Part shown: in pieces, positions 26,796 to 35,400 of the stretch | Position numbering within the stretch: position 1 is the first letter of the stretch | How the letters are laid out: every line of letters begins with the position of its first letter | Assembly (NCBI GenBank): GCA_903907915.1 | Contig: CAIVPV010000187.1 | Coordinates: 1-37,928, forward strand | Direction: 5' to 3' | Length of the DNA stretch: 37,928 nucleotides | Origin: an uncultured Cytophagaceae bacterium | GTDB taxonomy: Bacteria > Bacteroidota > Bacteroidia > Cytophagales > Spirosomataceae | Notes under the pieces: generated by a model | The model's input: the letters and a program-made list of their open reading frames with translations, nothing else | Database searches by the model: none | What the model was told of the DNA's origin: nothing | Made by a program: the position numbers and the translations under genes

Positions 26796-28040
26796 ATGTA
26801 CCCGACTAAAATAATTAATGACCCGATTTATGGTTTTATTAAAATCAATAATCCATTAATTCTTGAACTTATTGATCACCCTTATTTTCAGCGACTTAAA
26901 CGTATTAAACAATTAGGTCTAGCTGAATTTGTATATCCGGGTGCTCATCATACGCGCTTTCATCATGCCTTAGGTGCCATGCATCTAATGGATCAAGTAT
27001 TAGATAATTTAAAAGCAAAAGGATATTCCATTTCACCCGAAGAACGTGAAGCAGCAGAAATCGCCATTTTATTACATGATATTGGCCATGGACCCTTTTC
27101 ACATGTTTTAGAATACACCTTATTAAACGAGGTGAAACACGAAGATGTGTCAACCCTTTTAATGGCCAAATTAAATCAGCATTTTAATGGTCGACTACGT
27201 TTAGCCATTGAAATATTTGAAAATAAATATCCACGTAAATTCTTCCATCAATTAGTATCCTCTCAATTAGATGTAGATCGCTTAGACTACTTGAGTAGAG
27301 ATTCCTTCTATACAGGTGTAAGAGAAGGATTCATCGGTTCTGAACGGCTTTTAAGCATGATGGACTTGAATAATGAACAATTAGTTATCGAAGAAAAAGG
27401 TATTTATTCAACCGAAAATTTTCTAATGGCCAGACGTTTAATGTACTGGCAAGTGTATTTACATAAAACAGCCATTGCAGCTGAAACGATGTTAATTCAA
27501 ATTTTACGTCGGGCTAAATATTTATTTTCTGAAGGCCAAAAGCTACCCTGTTCGGGACCATTAAAAACCTTTTTAAAAGGCACTTATACTTGGGATGAAT
27601 TTTCAAAGAATGAAAGCTTACTCATCGCCTTTACTGAATTAGATGATCATGATGTTTGGGCTGCCATAAAGGAATGGAAAAATGCCAGTGATAAAATCCT
27701 AAAGCATTTATGTGCACACTTTTTGGCCAGAAAATTATTCACTTGTAAATTAGGCTCACAGCCACTCCCTAAAGCAAAAAGAGTAGAAATAGAAGAAAAT
27801 ATTAAGCGGGAATACGGAATAACAGACGAAGAACTATCCTATTTTGTGGTAGAAGGCTCTACCTCAAACGCCGCCTATGTACAGGGCGACAACACCATTA
27901 AGATGGTCGACAAACAAGGCCAGGTGGTCGAGTTACTCGAAGCATCCGATTTGCCGACCATACAAGCATTAAGTAAGATTGTAAAAAAATACTATTTTTG
28001 TTGTCCAAAGAGCGTATATTTGCAAGGAGAATTGAGCTAA
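26796..28040 (+). CDS. HD-domain phosphohydrolase (SAMHD1/dNTP triphosphohydrolase-like)
   Basis: DPIYG, FQRLKRIKQLG, HTRFHHALG, LLHDIGHGPFSH, LDVDRLDYLSRD, MYWQVYLHKT. Confidence 0.92.
   Translation: MYPTKIINDPIYGFIKINNPLILELIDHPYFQRLKRIKQLGLAEFVYPGAHHTRFHHALGAMHLMDQVLDNLKAKGYSISPEEREAAEIAILLHDIGHGPFSHVLEYTLLNEVKHEDVSTLLMAKLNQHFNGRLRLAIEIFENKYPRKFFHQLVSSQLDVDRLDYLSRDSFYTGVREGFIGSERLLSMMDLNNEQLVIEEKGIYSTENFLMARRLMYWQVYLHKTAIAAETMLIQILRRAKYLFSEGQKLPCSGPLKTFLKGTYTWDEFSKNESLLIAFTELDDHDVWAAIKEWKNASDKILKHLCAHFLARKLFTCKLGSQPLPKAKRVEIEENIKREYGITDEELSYFVVEGSTSNAAYVQGDNTIKMVDKQGQVVELLEASDLPTIQALSKIVKKYYFCCPKSVYLQGELS
28015..28024 (+). promoter_or_regulatory. Internal promoter -7 box TATATTTG(CA) for lpxD-lpxC/fabZ-lpxA
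   Basis: Exact TAnnTTTG followed by CA, in the last codons of the HD gene. Confidence 0.65.
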
Positions 28041-28080
28041 TGGAAATTCTATTAGCCCTTATTAAACATCGTTTGACCGA

Positions 28081-29088
28081 ATGAAATTTACTGTTGATCA
28101 AATAGCCCAATTAATTCAAGGAACAGTAGATGGTGATGGTTCAGCAAGTATAACGGCATTTAATAAAATTGAAGACGGGCAAGAAGGAAGTATATCCTTT
28201 TTAGCTAATCCTAAATATGAATCGTTCTTATACCCATCTAAGGCAACAGCTATCATTGTAGCTAACGATTTAATCTTAAAAGAAAAGCCTTTGGCTACCT
28301 TAATTAAGGTAAAAGACCCCTACTCCGCCTTCACTATTCTACTTCAAAAATACCAAGAGTTTACTAGTGTAAAAGAAACGGGTATTCAAGAACCTACGCA
28401 CATTGCAAAGAGTGCTAAAATAGGTTCTGATTTGTATTTAGGTCCATTTTCAAGCATAGGTTCAGAGTCTAGTATTGGCAATAATACGTACATTGCGGCG
28501 CACGTGACTATCGGAAATAAAGTAAGTATTGGCAATAATTGTGTAATTTATCCAGGCGTAGTTATTTATAACGACACCAGAATAGGTAATAATTGTACGC
28601 TGCATGCGAATGCAGTAATCGGTTCAGATGGATTTGGTTTTGCCCCTCAGGCAGACGGATCTTTTACTACAATACCTCAATTAGGGAATGTAGTTTTAGA
28701 GGACGGTGTTAGTGTAGGTGCTAATACGACCATTGATAGAGCCACGATGGGATCTACTTTGATCAAGCAAGGTGTAAAAATTGATAATTTAGTACAAATA
28801 GCCCATAACGTAGAAATTGGCGCCAATACAGCCATAGCAGCACAAACGGGTGTTTCTGGTTCTACAAAAATTGGCCAAAACTGTTTAATAGGTGGTCAAG
28901 TAGGAGTAGCAGGGCATATTACCGTTGCCGATAAAACCATTGTTACTGCTCAATCAGGGGTAACAAAAACGGTCCGAAAAGAAGGACAAATATTAGGAGG
29001 AACACCGGCCTCCCCTAATAGTGAATACTTGAAACGCAATGCTTTATTGCGTCAGTTGCCGGACTTATTAAAACGATTAGAATCTTAA
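28081..29088 (+). CDS. lpxD: UDP-3-O-(3-hydroxyacyl)glucosamine N-acyltransferase
   Basis: SFLANPKY, hexapeptide repeats, IGSDGFGF, GANTTIDR, KIDNLVQIAHNV. Confidence 0.97.
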   Translation: MKFTVDQIAQLIQGTVDGDGSASITAFNKIEDGQEGSISFLANPKYESFLYPSKATAIIVANDLILKEKPLATLIKVKDPYSAFTILLQKYQEFTSVKETGIQEPTHIAKSAKIGSDLYLGPFSSIGSESSIGNNTYIAAHVTIGNKVSIGNNCVIYPGVVIYNDTRIGNNCTLHANAVIGSDGFGFAPQADGSFTTIPQLGNVVLEDGVSVGANTTIDRATMGSTLIKQGVKIDNLVQIAHNVEIGANTAIAAQTGVSGSTKIGQNCLIGGQVGVAGHITVADKTIVTAQSGVTKTVRKEGQILGGTPASPNSEYLKRNALLRQLPDLLKRLES

Positions 29089-29096
29089 TAACGCGT

Positions 29097-30491
29097 ATGA
29101 ACAATAAGCAACATACTATTACCAATGCTGTAACCCTATCTGGTGTAGGTTTACATACTGGCGTAGTTGCCAATATGACATTTTTACCTGCTCCTGCTAA
29201 CCACGGGATCAAATTCCAACGTGTTGATTTACCAGGTCAACCGATTGCAGATGCTGACGTTGACTATGTCGTAGATACCTCACGCGGAACAACAATAGAG
29301 CACAATGGCGCCCGTATTAATACTGTTGAACACGTTTTAGCAGCACTTGTAGGTTTAGAAGTAGATAATATCCTCATTCAATTAGATGGCCCAGAACCTC
29401 CTATTATGGATGGAAGTTCCATCAAATTCGTCGAAGCACTAAAAGACGCTGTTTTAGTAGAACAAGATGCGCACCGTAAATTCTTTGAAATTACGGAGGA
29501 AGTTCGATTCAAGGATTTAGAAAATGGAATTGAGCTAGCGGCTTTACCCCTCAACGACTACCGCATGGCGGTAATGGTGGATTATAATTCCAAATTTCTA
29601 ACAAGCCAACACGCTAATCTAAGCCATGTCTCTCAATTTGAAAAAGATTTTTCTATGTGCAGAACATTCTGTTTTGTGCATGAAATAGAAGTATTATATA
29701 AAGCTGGATTAATTAAGGGTGGTGATTTAAATAATGCTATCGTTATAGCTGATAAAGATTATTCTGAAGCAGAATTAGCTCATTTATCAGATGTTTTGGG
29801 GAAACCTAAAATCTCTGTTTCTAAAGAAGCTGGAATACTTAATAACACCAATTTACATTTCAGCAATGAGATGGCACGCCACAAGTTATTAGATTTAATG
29901 GGGGATTTAGCCTTAGTAGGGCGTCCAATCAAAGCTCAAATCTTAGCGTCACGTCCTGGTCATGCTTCTAACATAGAATTAGCCAGAAAAATTAAGAAGT
30001 TAATGTTAGAAGCAGAGAAAAATAAAGTACCTGTTTACGACCCCAAGCAGCCTCCTATATTTTCTCACGAACGAGTATATGAACTTTTGCCCCATCGCTA
30101 TCCTTTCCAAATGATTGATAAAATCATTTACTTAGATGATAATAGTGTTGTAGGGGTAAAAAATGTCACCATGAATGAAAATTACTTCATGGGTCACTTT
30201 CCCAATAATCCAGTTATGCCGGGGGTTATGCAAGTAGAAGCCATGGCACAAACGGGTGGAATTCTCGTATTGAGTTCCGTAGATGATCCAGAAAACTATT
30301 GGCCCTATCTAGTTGGTATTGAAAATTGCCGTTTTAGAAGAAGTGTCATACCGGGGGATACGATTATCTTTAAGTGTGAACTTCAAGCCCCTATTCGTAG
30401 AGGTATTGCAAAAATGACTGGTAAGGCTTATGTCGCCGGCGTTGTAGTTTGTGAGGCAGAAATGACTGCCAGTTTAGTGCGTAAGTCCTAA
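29097..30491 (+). CDS. lpxC-fabZ: Bifunctional LpxC deacetylase / FabZ 3-hydroxyacyl-ACP dehydratase
   Basis: GVGLHTG, TVEHVLAA, PIMDGS, RHKLLDLMGD (LpxC); LPHRYPF, GHFPNNPVMPGV..EAMAQ (FabZ). Confidence 0.97.
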   Translation: MNNKQHTITNAVTLSGVGLHTGVVANMTFLPAPANHGIKFQRVDLPGQPIADADVDYVVDTSRGTTIEHNGARINTVEHVLAALVGLEVDNILIQLDGPEPPIMDGSSIKFVEALKDAVLVEQDAHRKFFEITEEVRFKDLENGIELAALPLNDYRMAVMVDYNSKFLTSQHANLSHVSQFEKDFSMCRTFCFVHEIEVLYKAGLIKGGDLNNAIVIADKDYSEAELAHLSDVLGKPKISVSKEAGILNNTNLHFSNEMARHKLLDLMGDLALVGRPIKAQILASRPGHASNIELARKIKKLMLEAEKNKVPVYDPKQPPIFSHERVYELLPHRYPFQMIDKIIYLDDNSVVGVKNVTMNENYFMGHFPNNPVMPGVMQVEAMAQTGGILVLSSVDDPENYWPYLVGIENCRFRRSVIPGDTIIFKCELQAPIRRGIAKMTGKAYVAGVVVCEAEMTASLVRKS

Positions 30492-30502
30492 GTTAAAAAT
30501 GT

Positions 30503-31273
30503 ATGATTCATCAGTTAACACATATTGATTCGAACGCTAAAATCGGTGCTAATGTTAGTATCGAGGCATTCACATCTATTCACGCCGATGTAGAAATTGG
30601 TGAAGGAACTTGGATTGGATCAAACGTAACCATTTATCCTGGAGCGCGTATTGGTAAAAATGTACGTATTTTTCCAGGAGCAGTTATTTCAGCTATTCCT
30701 CAAGATCTAAAATTTGGCGGAGAAACAACCACCGCTGAAATAGGCGATAATTCCACCATTAGAGAGTGTGTAACGATTAATCGAGGTACATCCGATAAAT
30801 TAAAAACCGTAATAGGCAAAAACTGTCTAATTATGGCTTACGTACACATTGCACACGATTGCGTAATAGGTGACCATTGTATTATTGCTAATTCAGTTCA
30901 AATGGCTGGACATGTGACAGTGGGAGAGTTTGCCATCATTGGTGGTTCTTCAGCTATTCATCAATTCGCAACGATTGGTCAACATGTCATGATTTCAGGT
31001 GGTTCTTTAGTTAGAAAAGATGTTCCTCCATTTACTAAATCAGGACGTGAGCCTTTAACTTATGCAGGAATTAATTCGGTAGGACTACGTCGTCGTAATT
31101 ATACGGATGAACAAATCAATATCATTCAAGAAGCCTATCGTTATTTATATTTAAAAGGATTAAATACGAATACGGCATTAGAAGAAATAGAAGCGCAATT
31201 ACCTAATACTCCGGAGCGAAACGAAATTCTCAACTTCGTTAAGAATTCAGAAAGAGGTATCATGAAAGGCTAA
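30503..31273 (+). CDS. lpxA: Acyl-ACP--UDP-N-acetylglucosamine O-acyltransferase
   Basis: PQDLKF, IRECVTINRGT, MAYVHIAHDC, AGHV, IHQF, KDVPPF. Confidence 0.97.
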   Translation: MIHQLTHIDSNAKIGANVSIEAFTSIHADVEIGEGTWIGSNVTIYPGARIGKNVRIFPGAVISAIPQDLKFGGETTTAEIGDNSTIRECVTINRGTSDKLKTVIGKNCLIMAYVHIAHDCVIGDHCIIANSVQMAGHVTVGEFAIIGGSSAIHQFATIGQHVMISGGSLVRKDVPPFTKSGREPLTYAGINSVGLRRRNYTDEQINIIQEAYRYLYLKGLNTNTALEEIEAQLPNTPERNEILNFVKNSERGIMKG

Positions 31274-31279
31274 TTTAGT

Positions 31280-31882
31280 ATGGAAATTCTTGTTCGTAAC
31301 CTTTCTAAAAAGTTCAGACAAGAATTTGTCATTCGCGATTTTAACTATCGCTTTCAATCAGGCAACTCTTATGCCCTTACAGGGCCCAATGGATCCGGAA
31401 AATCAACCTTATTACAACTAATAGCTCAGTTTACGCTTCCTAACGCAGGTAGCGTAGAAATGCTTGGCATTGACCCAGAATCAGTCTATTCACAAATCAC
31501 TTATGCGGCGCCCTATGTCGAATTGATAGAAGAATATACTTTAGAAGAACACCTGCGTATTCTCATTAAAAACAACTACCTCCCAGCATCAATCACTTTA
31601 GATTTCCTGGAGGAATTTATCGATTTACAACCAGGTCGAACTAAATTAATTAAGAATTATTCTTCAGGAATGCGCCAAAAAATCAAGTTAGGATTTGCCT
31701 TCTTATCTGAAAGACCTGTTTTATTGCTTGATGAACCGACGACGAATTTTGACGAAAAAGCCAAGGAATGGTTCTTTGATAGATTACATAATCAACGCGA
31801 AAAATTACTTATCATCGCCTCGAATGAGGGCAGAGAAATCAACTTCTGTACTGAATCAATTACAATAAGTGATTTTAAATAA
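31280..31882 (+). CDS. Short orphan ABC ATP-binding protein
   Basis: Walker A GPNGSGKST, signature YSSGMRQK, Walker B LLLDEPT; switch region reads IIASNE. Confidence 0.88.
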   Translation: MEILVRNLSKKFRQEFVIRDFNYRFQSGNSYALTGPNGSGKSTLLQLIAQFTLPNAGSVEMLGIDPESVYSQITYAAPYVELIEEYTLEEHLRILIKNNYLPASITLDFLEEFIDLQPGRTKLIKNYSSGMRQKIKLGFAFLSERPVLLLDEPTTNFDEKAKEWFFDRLHNQREKLLIIASNEGREINFCTESITISDFK

Positions 31883-32564
31883 TTTGGCGTAAACGAAATC
31901 TAATACTCCCCCATATGAGTAGGAAAAAGCCTAGAAAGAAAATCAGGTCACTAAAGCTCAAAAGACCCATACTCAATCTATTATAATGGGAGGATAAGTC
32001 CAACGTCTCCAATCCTACTTCCTTCGCTCCTTGCCAAAAAACAAAATTTAACACCAAGCCTAGTATAAAGGCTACAGGCTGCTTTCTACTTAAACTAGAG
32101 GCTAATACTCCAAACCCCACAAAGCATAGTATTAAAAGAAATAGAGCTAGATATCCACCTAAGATCAAGGATGAATCAAAATTGCTTTTAGGAAAACCCA
32201 ATACAGCCACTGTTTGAACAAAAAGTAAACTAGGCAATAAAGTCAATAAACTAATAAAAATGAGTGCTAGTAACTTAGCTGATAAAACTTGACCCAAGGT
32301 AATAGGAAGAGATCTTAGCAATTGAAACGTCCCTCTCTCTACTTCATCTGAAAAACTGCTCATCGTCAATGCAGGAACAAAAAACAAAAAGAACCAGGGG
32401 CTGAGGTCAAAGAAAACGCTTAACTCCGCAAATCCATAGTCTAAGACATTTCCATCAATTACCCAGACATAAACGCCCATTAAAGCAAAAAAAGACGAAA
32501 TAGTCCCCCAGCCCATCCAAGAGCTAAAAAAGGCTAGCACATCTTTTTTAAAAAGAGCGAACAT
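31875..32564 (-). CDS. gldF: Gliding-motility-associated ABC transporter permease GldF-like
   Basis: 6 TM segments; NVLDYGFAELSVFFDLSPW, FVPALTMSSFSDE..RGT, ASSLS, HY.RLSMG..DLIFF. Confidence 0.8.
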   Translation of the reverse strand: MFALFKKDVLAFFSSWMGWGTISSFFALMGVYVWVIDGNVLDYGFAELSVFFDLSPWFFLFFVPALTMSSFSDEVERGTFQLLRSLPITLGQVLSAKLLALIFISLLTLLPSLLFVQTVAVLGFPKSNFDSSLILGGYLALFLLILCFVGFGVLASSLSRKQPVAFILGLVLNFVFWQGAKEVGLETLDLSSHYNRLSMGLLSFSDLIFFLGFFLLIWGSIRFRLRQII

Positions 32565-32565
32565 C

Positions 32566-33111
32566 TTATTCGAAAATAGGTTTTTCTCGTTTAACGACTG
32601 CGGCGATAATTAAGCCAAAAAGAAAATTGAAAATAACACTCGTAATTACTACAATCACAAATTGAACTCCGGGATTCATAACTAGATTAGTTATTTCCTC
32701 CGCACTCTGAATTTGACTTGCACTAAGGCCTTGATCTTCCATCCGCTCTCTAGCTAAATCGAGTTGACGTTGCATAGCTGTGTTATCAATAAACTGGATA
32801 TAAATATAGTTAAATGCCCCAGCGACTAATCCACTAATTGCCCCAGACAAAGTGGCTAATCCTAAACCCTGGCCATAGCTAATATAACCCTCATTTTGTT
32901 CTCTATATTCGCGCAAACAAAGCAATAATATAGTTACGGATAACACGAGTGACCAGATACCAGAAATCCAACCAATGGATTCTTGAAAATCCTCCGACCA
33001 ACCCATCACATTCACAAGAGTAGAAAAGAGAAAGCTTAATAGACCATAAATGAAACCATACTTTAAGGCAATAATAGATGATGAGGCTGTTGATTCTGTC
33101 GAGTTTTCCAT
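32566..33111 (-). CDS. DUF4199 family membrane protein
   Basis: ALKYG, YRE.NEGYISYGQGL, FNYIYIQFID; 4 TM segments. Confidence 0.78.
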   Translation of the reverse strand: MENSTESTASSSIIALKYGFIYGLLSFLFSTLVNVMGWSEDFQESIGWISGIWSLVLSVTILLLCLREYREQNEGYISYGQGLGLATLSGAISGLVAGAFNYIYIQFIDNTAMQRQLDLARERMEDQGLSASQIQSAEEITNLVMNPGVQFVIVVITSVIFNFLFGLIIAAVVKREKPIFE

Positions 33112-33113
33112 AG

Positions 33114-33635
33114 CTATTTTTTATAGTAGAGTGAAATTAACAAATTAGGTAAAAAACCAAGCGCAATTTTTTGAGAAAAATCATCTTTTGCAATGCTGTA
33201 GGCATCAATTGATTTTATACCCGCATGCAAACTATTATAGTATTCTCCACCTTCTTGACTAACAATGACTTCTTTATAAGAATTTAATTCTAATAAACTT
33301 TGCTGAATATAGGCTCCAAGCATTTGTAATCCAGCTTGAGATTGGAAAAAATAATACACAAAAAATGCACTAAATAAAGCTGTAATCACTATTAAGATAT
33401 ATTGAAGTGCAAAATAAACTAGAAAATGTTTCTTTTCACCTTGGTGATTCTGTGGAAATTTAGAAACATACCACCATTGAAAAAAAAGTAAAAAGACGAA
33501 AGTAGGTGCCTTTTTACCCCCTAATGGAATAATGCCTAAAGACTGTAAAACATAGCCATAAGCCACTAGCAAGACTACAAATAGTATGGCAAAAAGAACA
33601 AAACGGCTAATTTCAGAAAACCAGTTATTGACCAT
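33114..33635 (-). CDS. Membrane protein, probable divergent DUF4199 paralog
   Basis: Same 3 TM + soluble loop + final TM layout and similar size as its neighbour; start overlaps the upstream stop (TAATG). Confidence 0.55.
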   Translation of the reverse strand: MVNNWFSEISRFVLFAILFVVLLVAYGYVLQSLGIIPLGGKKAPTFVFLLFFQWWYVSKFPQNHQGEKKHFLVYFALQYILIVITALFSAFFVYYFFQSQAGLQMLGAYIQQSLLELNSYKEVIVSQEGGEYYNSLHAGIKSIDAYSIAKDDFSQKIALGFLPNLLISLYYKK

Positions 33636-34915
33636 TATTGAATTAATCCGTGATAAACCCCAGCCACTTTATAGCTGAATGAGTAGCCTAAGAAAATAGA
33701 ATTCTTCGATTTAGAGGCGATTGAATTTGACTCATAGACATGGGTCTCTTTTTTGACCACCATCCCTTTCATCCAATCTCCAGCCTTTAATTCTGGCTGT
33801 TGGATTCCTAAGAAGGCCGCCGAATGATGAGATAAATATTGATCCACTTTATCTAATCCTTGCTTTTTCGCTTCGGAGATAAAGGCTATCGCTAAAGTTT
33901 CTAAACCAATCGTACCAAAAGCAGCCTGATCAAACTCAAGTTCTTTATATTCTACCTCCTGAGGGTGATGATCAGATACGACAGATGAAATAGTTCCGTC
34001 TTTTAAACCTTTCCACAAGGCTAATCTATCTTTCTCTGTCCTAAGGGGAGGATGTACTTTTTTCAGTGTATCGAAATCGGCTAATGCCTCTTCTGTAAAT
34101 AGTAAGGAATGAACTGCTACATCTGCCGTGACTGATAAACCGGCCTTTTGAGCCACACTGATTAATTTAACAGACTCTGCTGACGATATACAAGAGAAAT
34201 GAAGTGAAAAGTTAGCATTAGCTAAACCAAACGAATGCTGCATCACGTAGGCTAGTAGATCTAGATCCCGTTTTACCTGCATCGTTTCCGCTAATTCAGG
34301 AATCCCCTTCAATCCTAATAAGGTACTTTGTAATCCTTCGTGAATCTGCCCAAACAAGGATAATCCACTCACATCAGGTCGTGAAATAACCTTTACAGGA
34401 AGTGGCTGCAAATACTGAAGACATTTTAACATTAAGTCTGTGTCTTGCAAAGATCCTGCCCCATGACTAAACCAAGAGGCCCCTGCCTGATGCAGATCCA
34501 TCAAATCACTAAAGTTTTCTGCCTTATTCCCTAACGTTAAGGGAGCAGCTGGGTAACAAGCTAAGCCTGTTCCTGCCATTTTTTGAGCTATGTATTGAAT
34601 CGCTTCTGGTTGCTGTGGCACCGGGTCTCCTGTAGGCAGAAGCAGTAAGTCTAAGACACCACCTTTCCAGGCAGCAGCCCGTAAACTATCCCAATCTTCC
34701 TTGTTTTCACCACCTGGCAAGGTATGATGCACACGCAGATCGACGACGGAAGGAAACCAAAGCAATTCATCACCCGATATGATTTCATCAGCATCTGCTT
34801 TAATCGAAGGTTCAATAGAAATCCAACGACCATTCTCCGCTAATAAATCCATCTTCTTCCCGTAGTGGGTTGAACGACTATCTTGAATTAAAATCTGTTT
34901 GAATAAGATCCGCAT
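33635..34915 (-). CDS. Dihydroorotase-like amidohydrolase, probably catalytically inactive (PyrC'-like)
   Basis: PGGENKED, AAAWKGG, KVHPPLR, SDHHP, AAFGTIGLET, SKSKNS.F are present, but the metal motif reads DLRVH. Confidence 0.82.
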   Translation of the reverse strand: MRILFKQILIQDSRSTHYGKKMDLLAENGRWISIEPSIKADADEIISGDELLWFPSVVDLRVHHTLPGGENKEDWDSLRAAAWKGGVLDLLLLPTGDPVPQQPEAIQYIAQKMAGTGLACYPAAPLTLGNKAENFSDLMDLHQAGASWFSHGAGSLQDTDLMLKCLQYLQPLPVKVISRPDVSGLSLFGQIHEGLQSTLLGLKGIPELAETMQVKRDLDLLAYVMQHSFGLANANFSLHFSCISSAESVKLISVAQKAGLSVTADVAVHSLLFTEEALADFDTLKKVHPPLRTEKDRLALWKGLKDGTISSVVSDHHPQEVEYKELEFDQAAFGTIGLETLAIAFISEAKKQGLDKVDQYLSHHSAAFLGIQQPELKAGDWMKGMVVKKETHVYESNSIASKSKNSIFLGYSFSYKVAGVYHGLIQ

Positions 34916-34929
34916 TTTTTTTGGCTTAT

Positions 34930-34955
34930 AAAAAAACCCTGATTAACAGGGTTTT
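34930..34955 (-). terminator. Intrinsic terminator after gcvH
   Basis: AAAACCCTG-ATTAA-CAGGGTTTT with a T7 tract on the minus strand. Confidence 0.75.
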
Positions 34956-34959
34956 AAAA

Positions 34960-35340
34960 TCAATGTCCGATAAAGGATTTATATGTTTCCACATCCATCA
35001 ATTGGGATAAATCACCAGCATCAGCTGCCTTCATTTTCACAACCCAACCATCCCCGTAAGGATCAGAATTTATCAATTCAGGACTGTTATTTAAAGCTGT
35101 ATTAAACTCTATAATTTCTCCGGCAATAGGTAAGAACAAATCTGAAACCGTTTTAACCGCTTCAACTGTTCCAAAAACACCATCTTTCGCGATATTTTTT
35201 CCCACAGTCTCGACTTCAACAAAAACAATATCACCCAATTCACCTTGAGCAAAATCTGTAATACCGATGATAGCTACGTCGCCATCTAATTTAATCCACT
35301 CGTGCTCTTGAGTATATTTTAATTCACTTGGAAAATTCAT
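34960..35340 (-). CDS. gcvH: Glycine cleavage system H protein
   Basis: YTQEHEW, GITDFAQGELGDIVFV, lipoyl-Lys motif VEAVKTVSD, INSDPYGDGW. Confidence 0.97.
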   Translation of the reverse strand: MNFPSELKYTQEHEWIKLDGDVAIIGITDFAQGELGDIVFVEVETVGKNIAKDGVFGTVEAVKTVSDLFLPIAGEIIEFNTALNNSPELINSDPYGDGWVVKMKAADAGDLSQLMDVETYKSFIGH

Positions 35341-35400
35341 ATAATATCTATTTGCTTACAAAGGTCACTAAATTCTCGATTTTTTGCAAACGATTTTTGA

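Noticed and set aside
26796-28040. HD protein as an anti-phage dNTPase or Cas3-like nuclease
   Set aside because: It sits in a housekeeping lpx context with no helicase domain or defence neighbours.
29097-30491. LpxC-FabZ fusion as a novelty
   Set aside because: This fusion is the normal, well-known arrangement in Bacteroidota.
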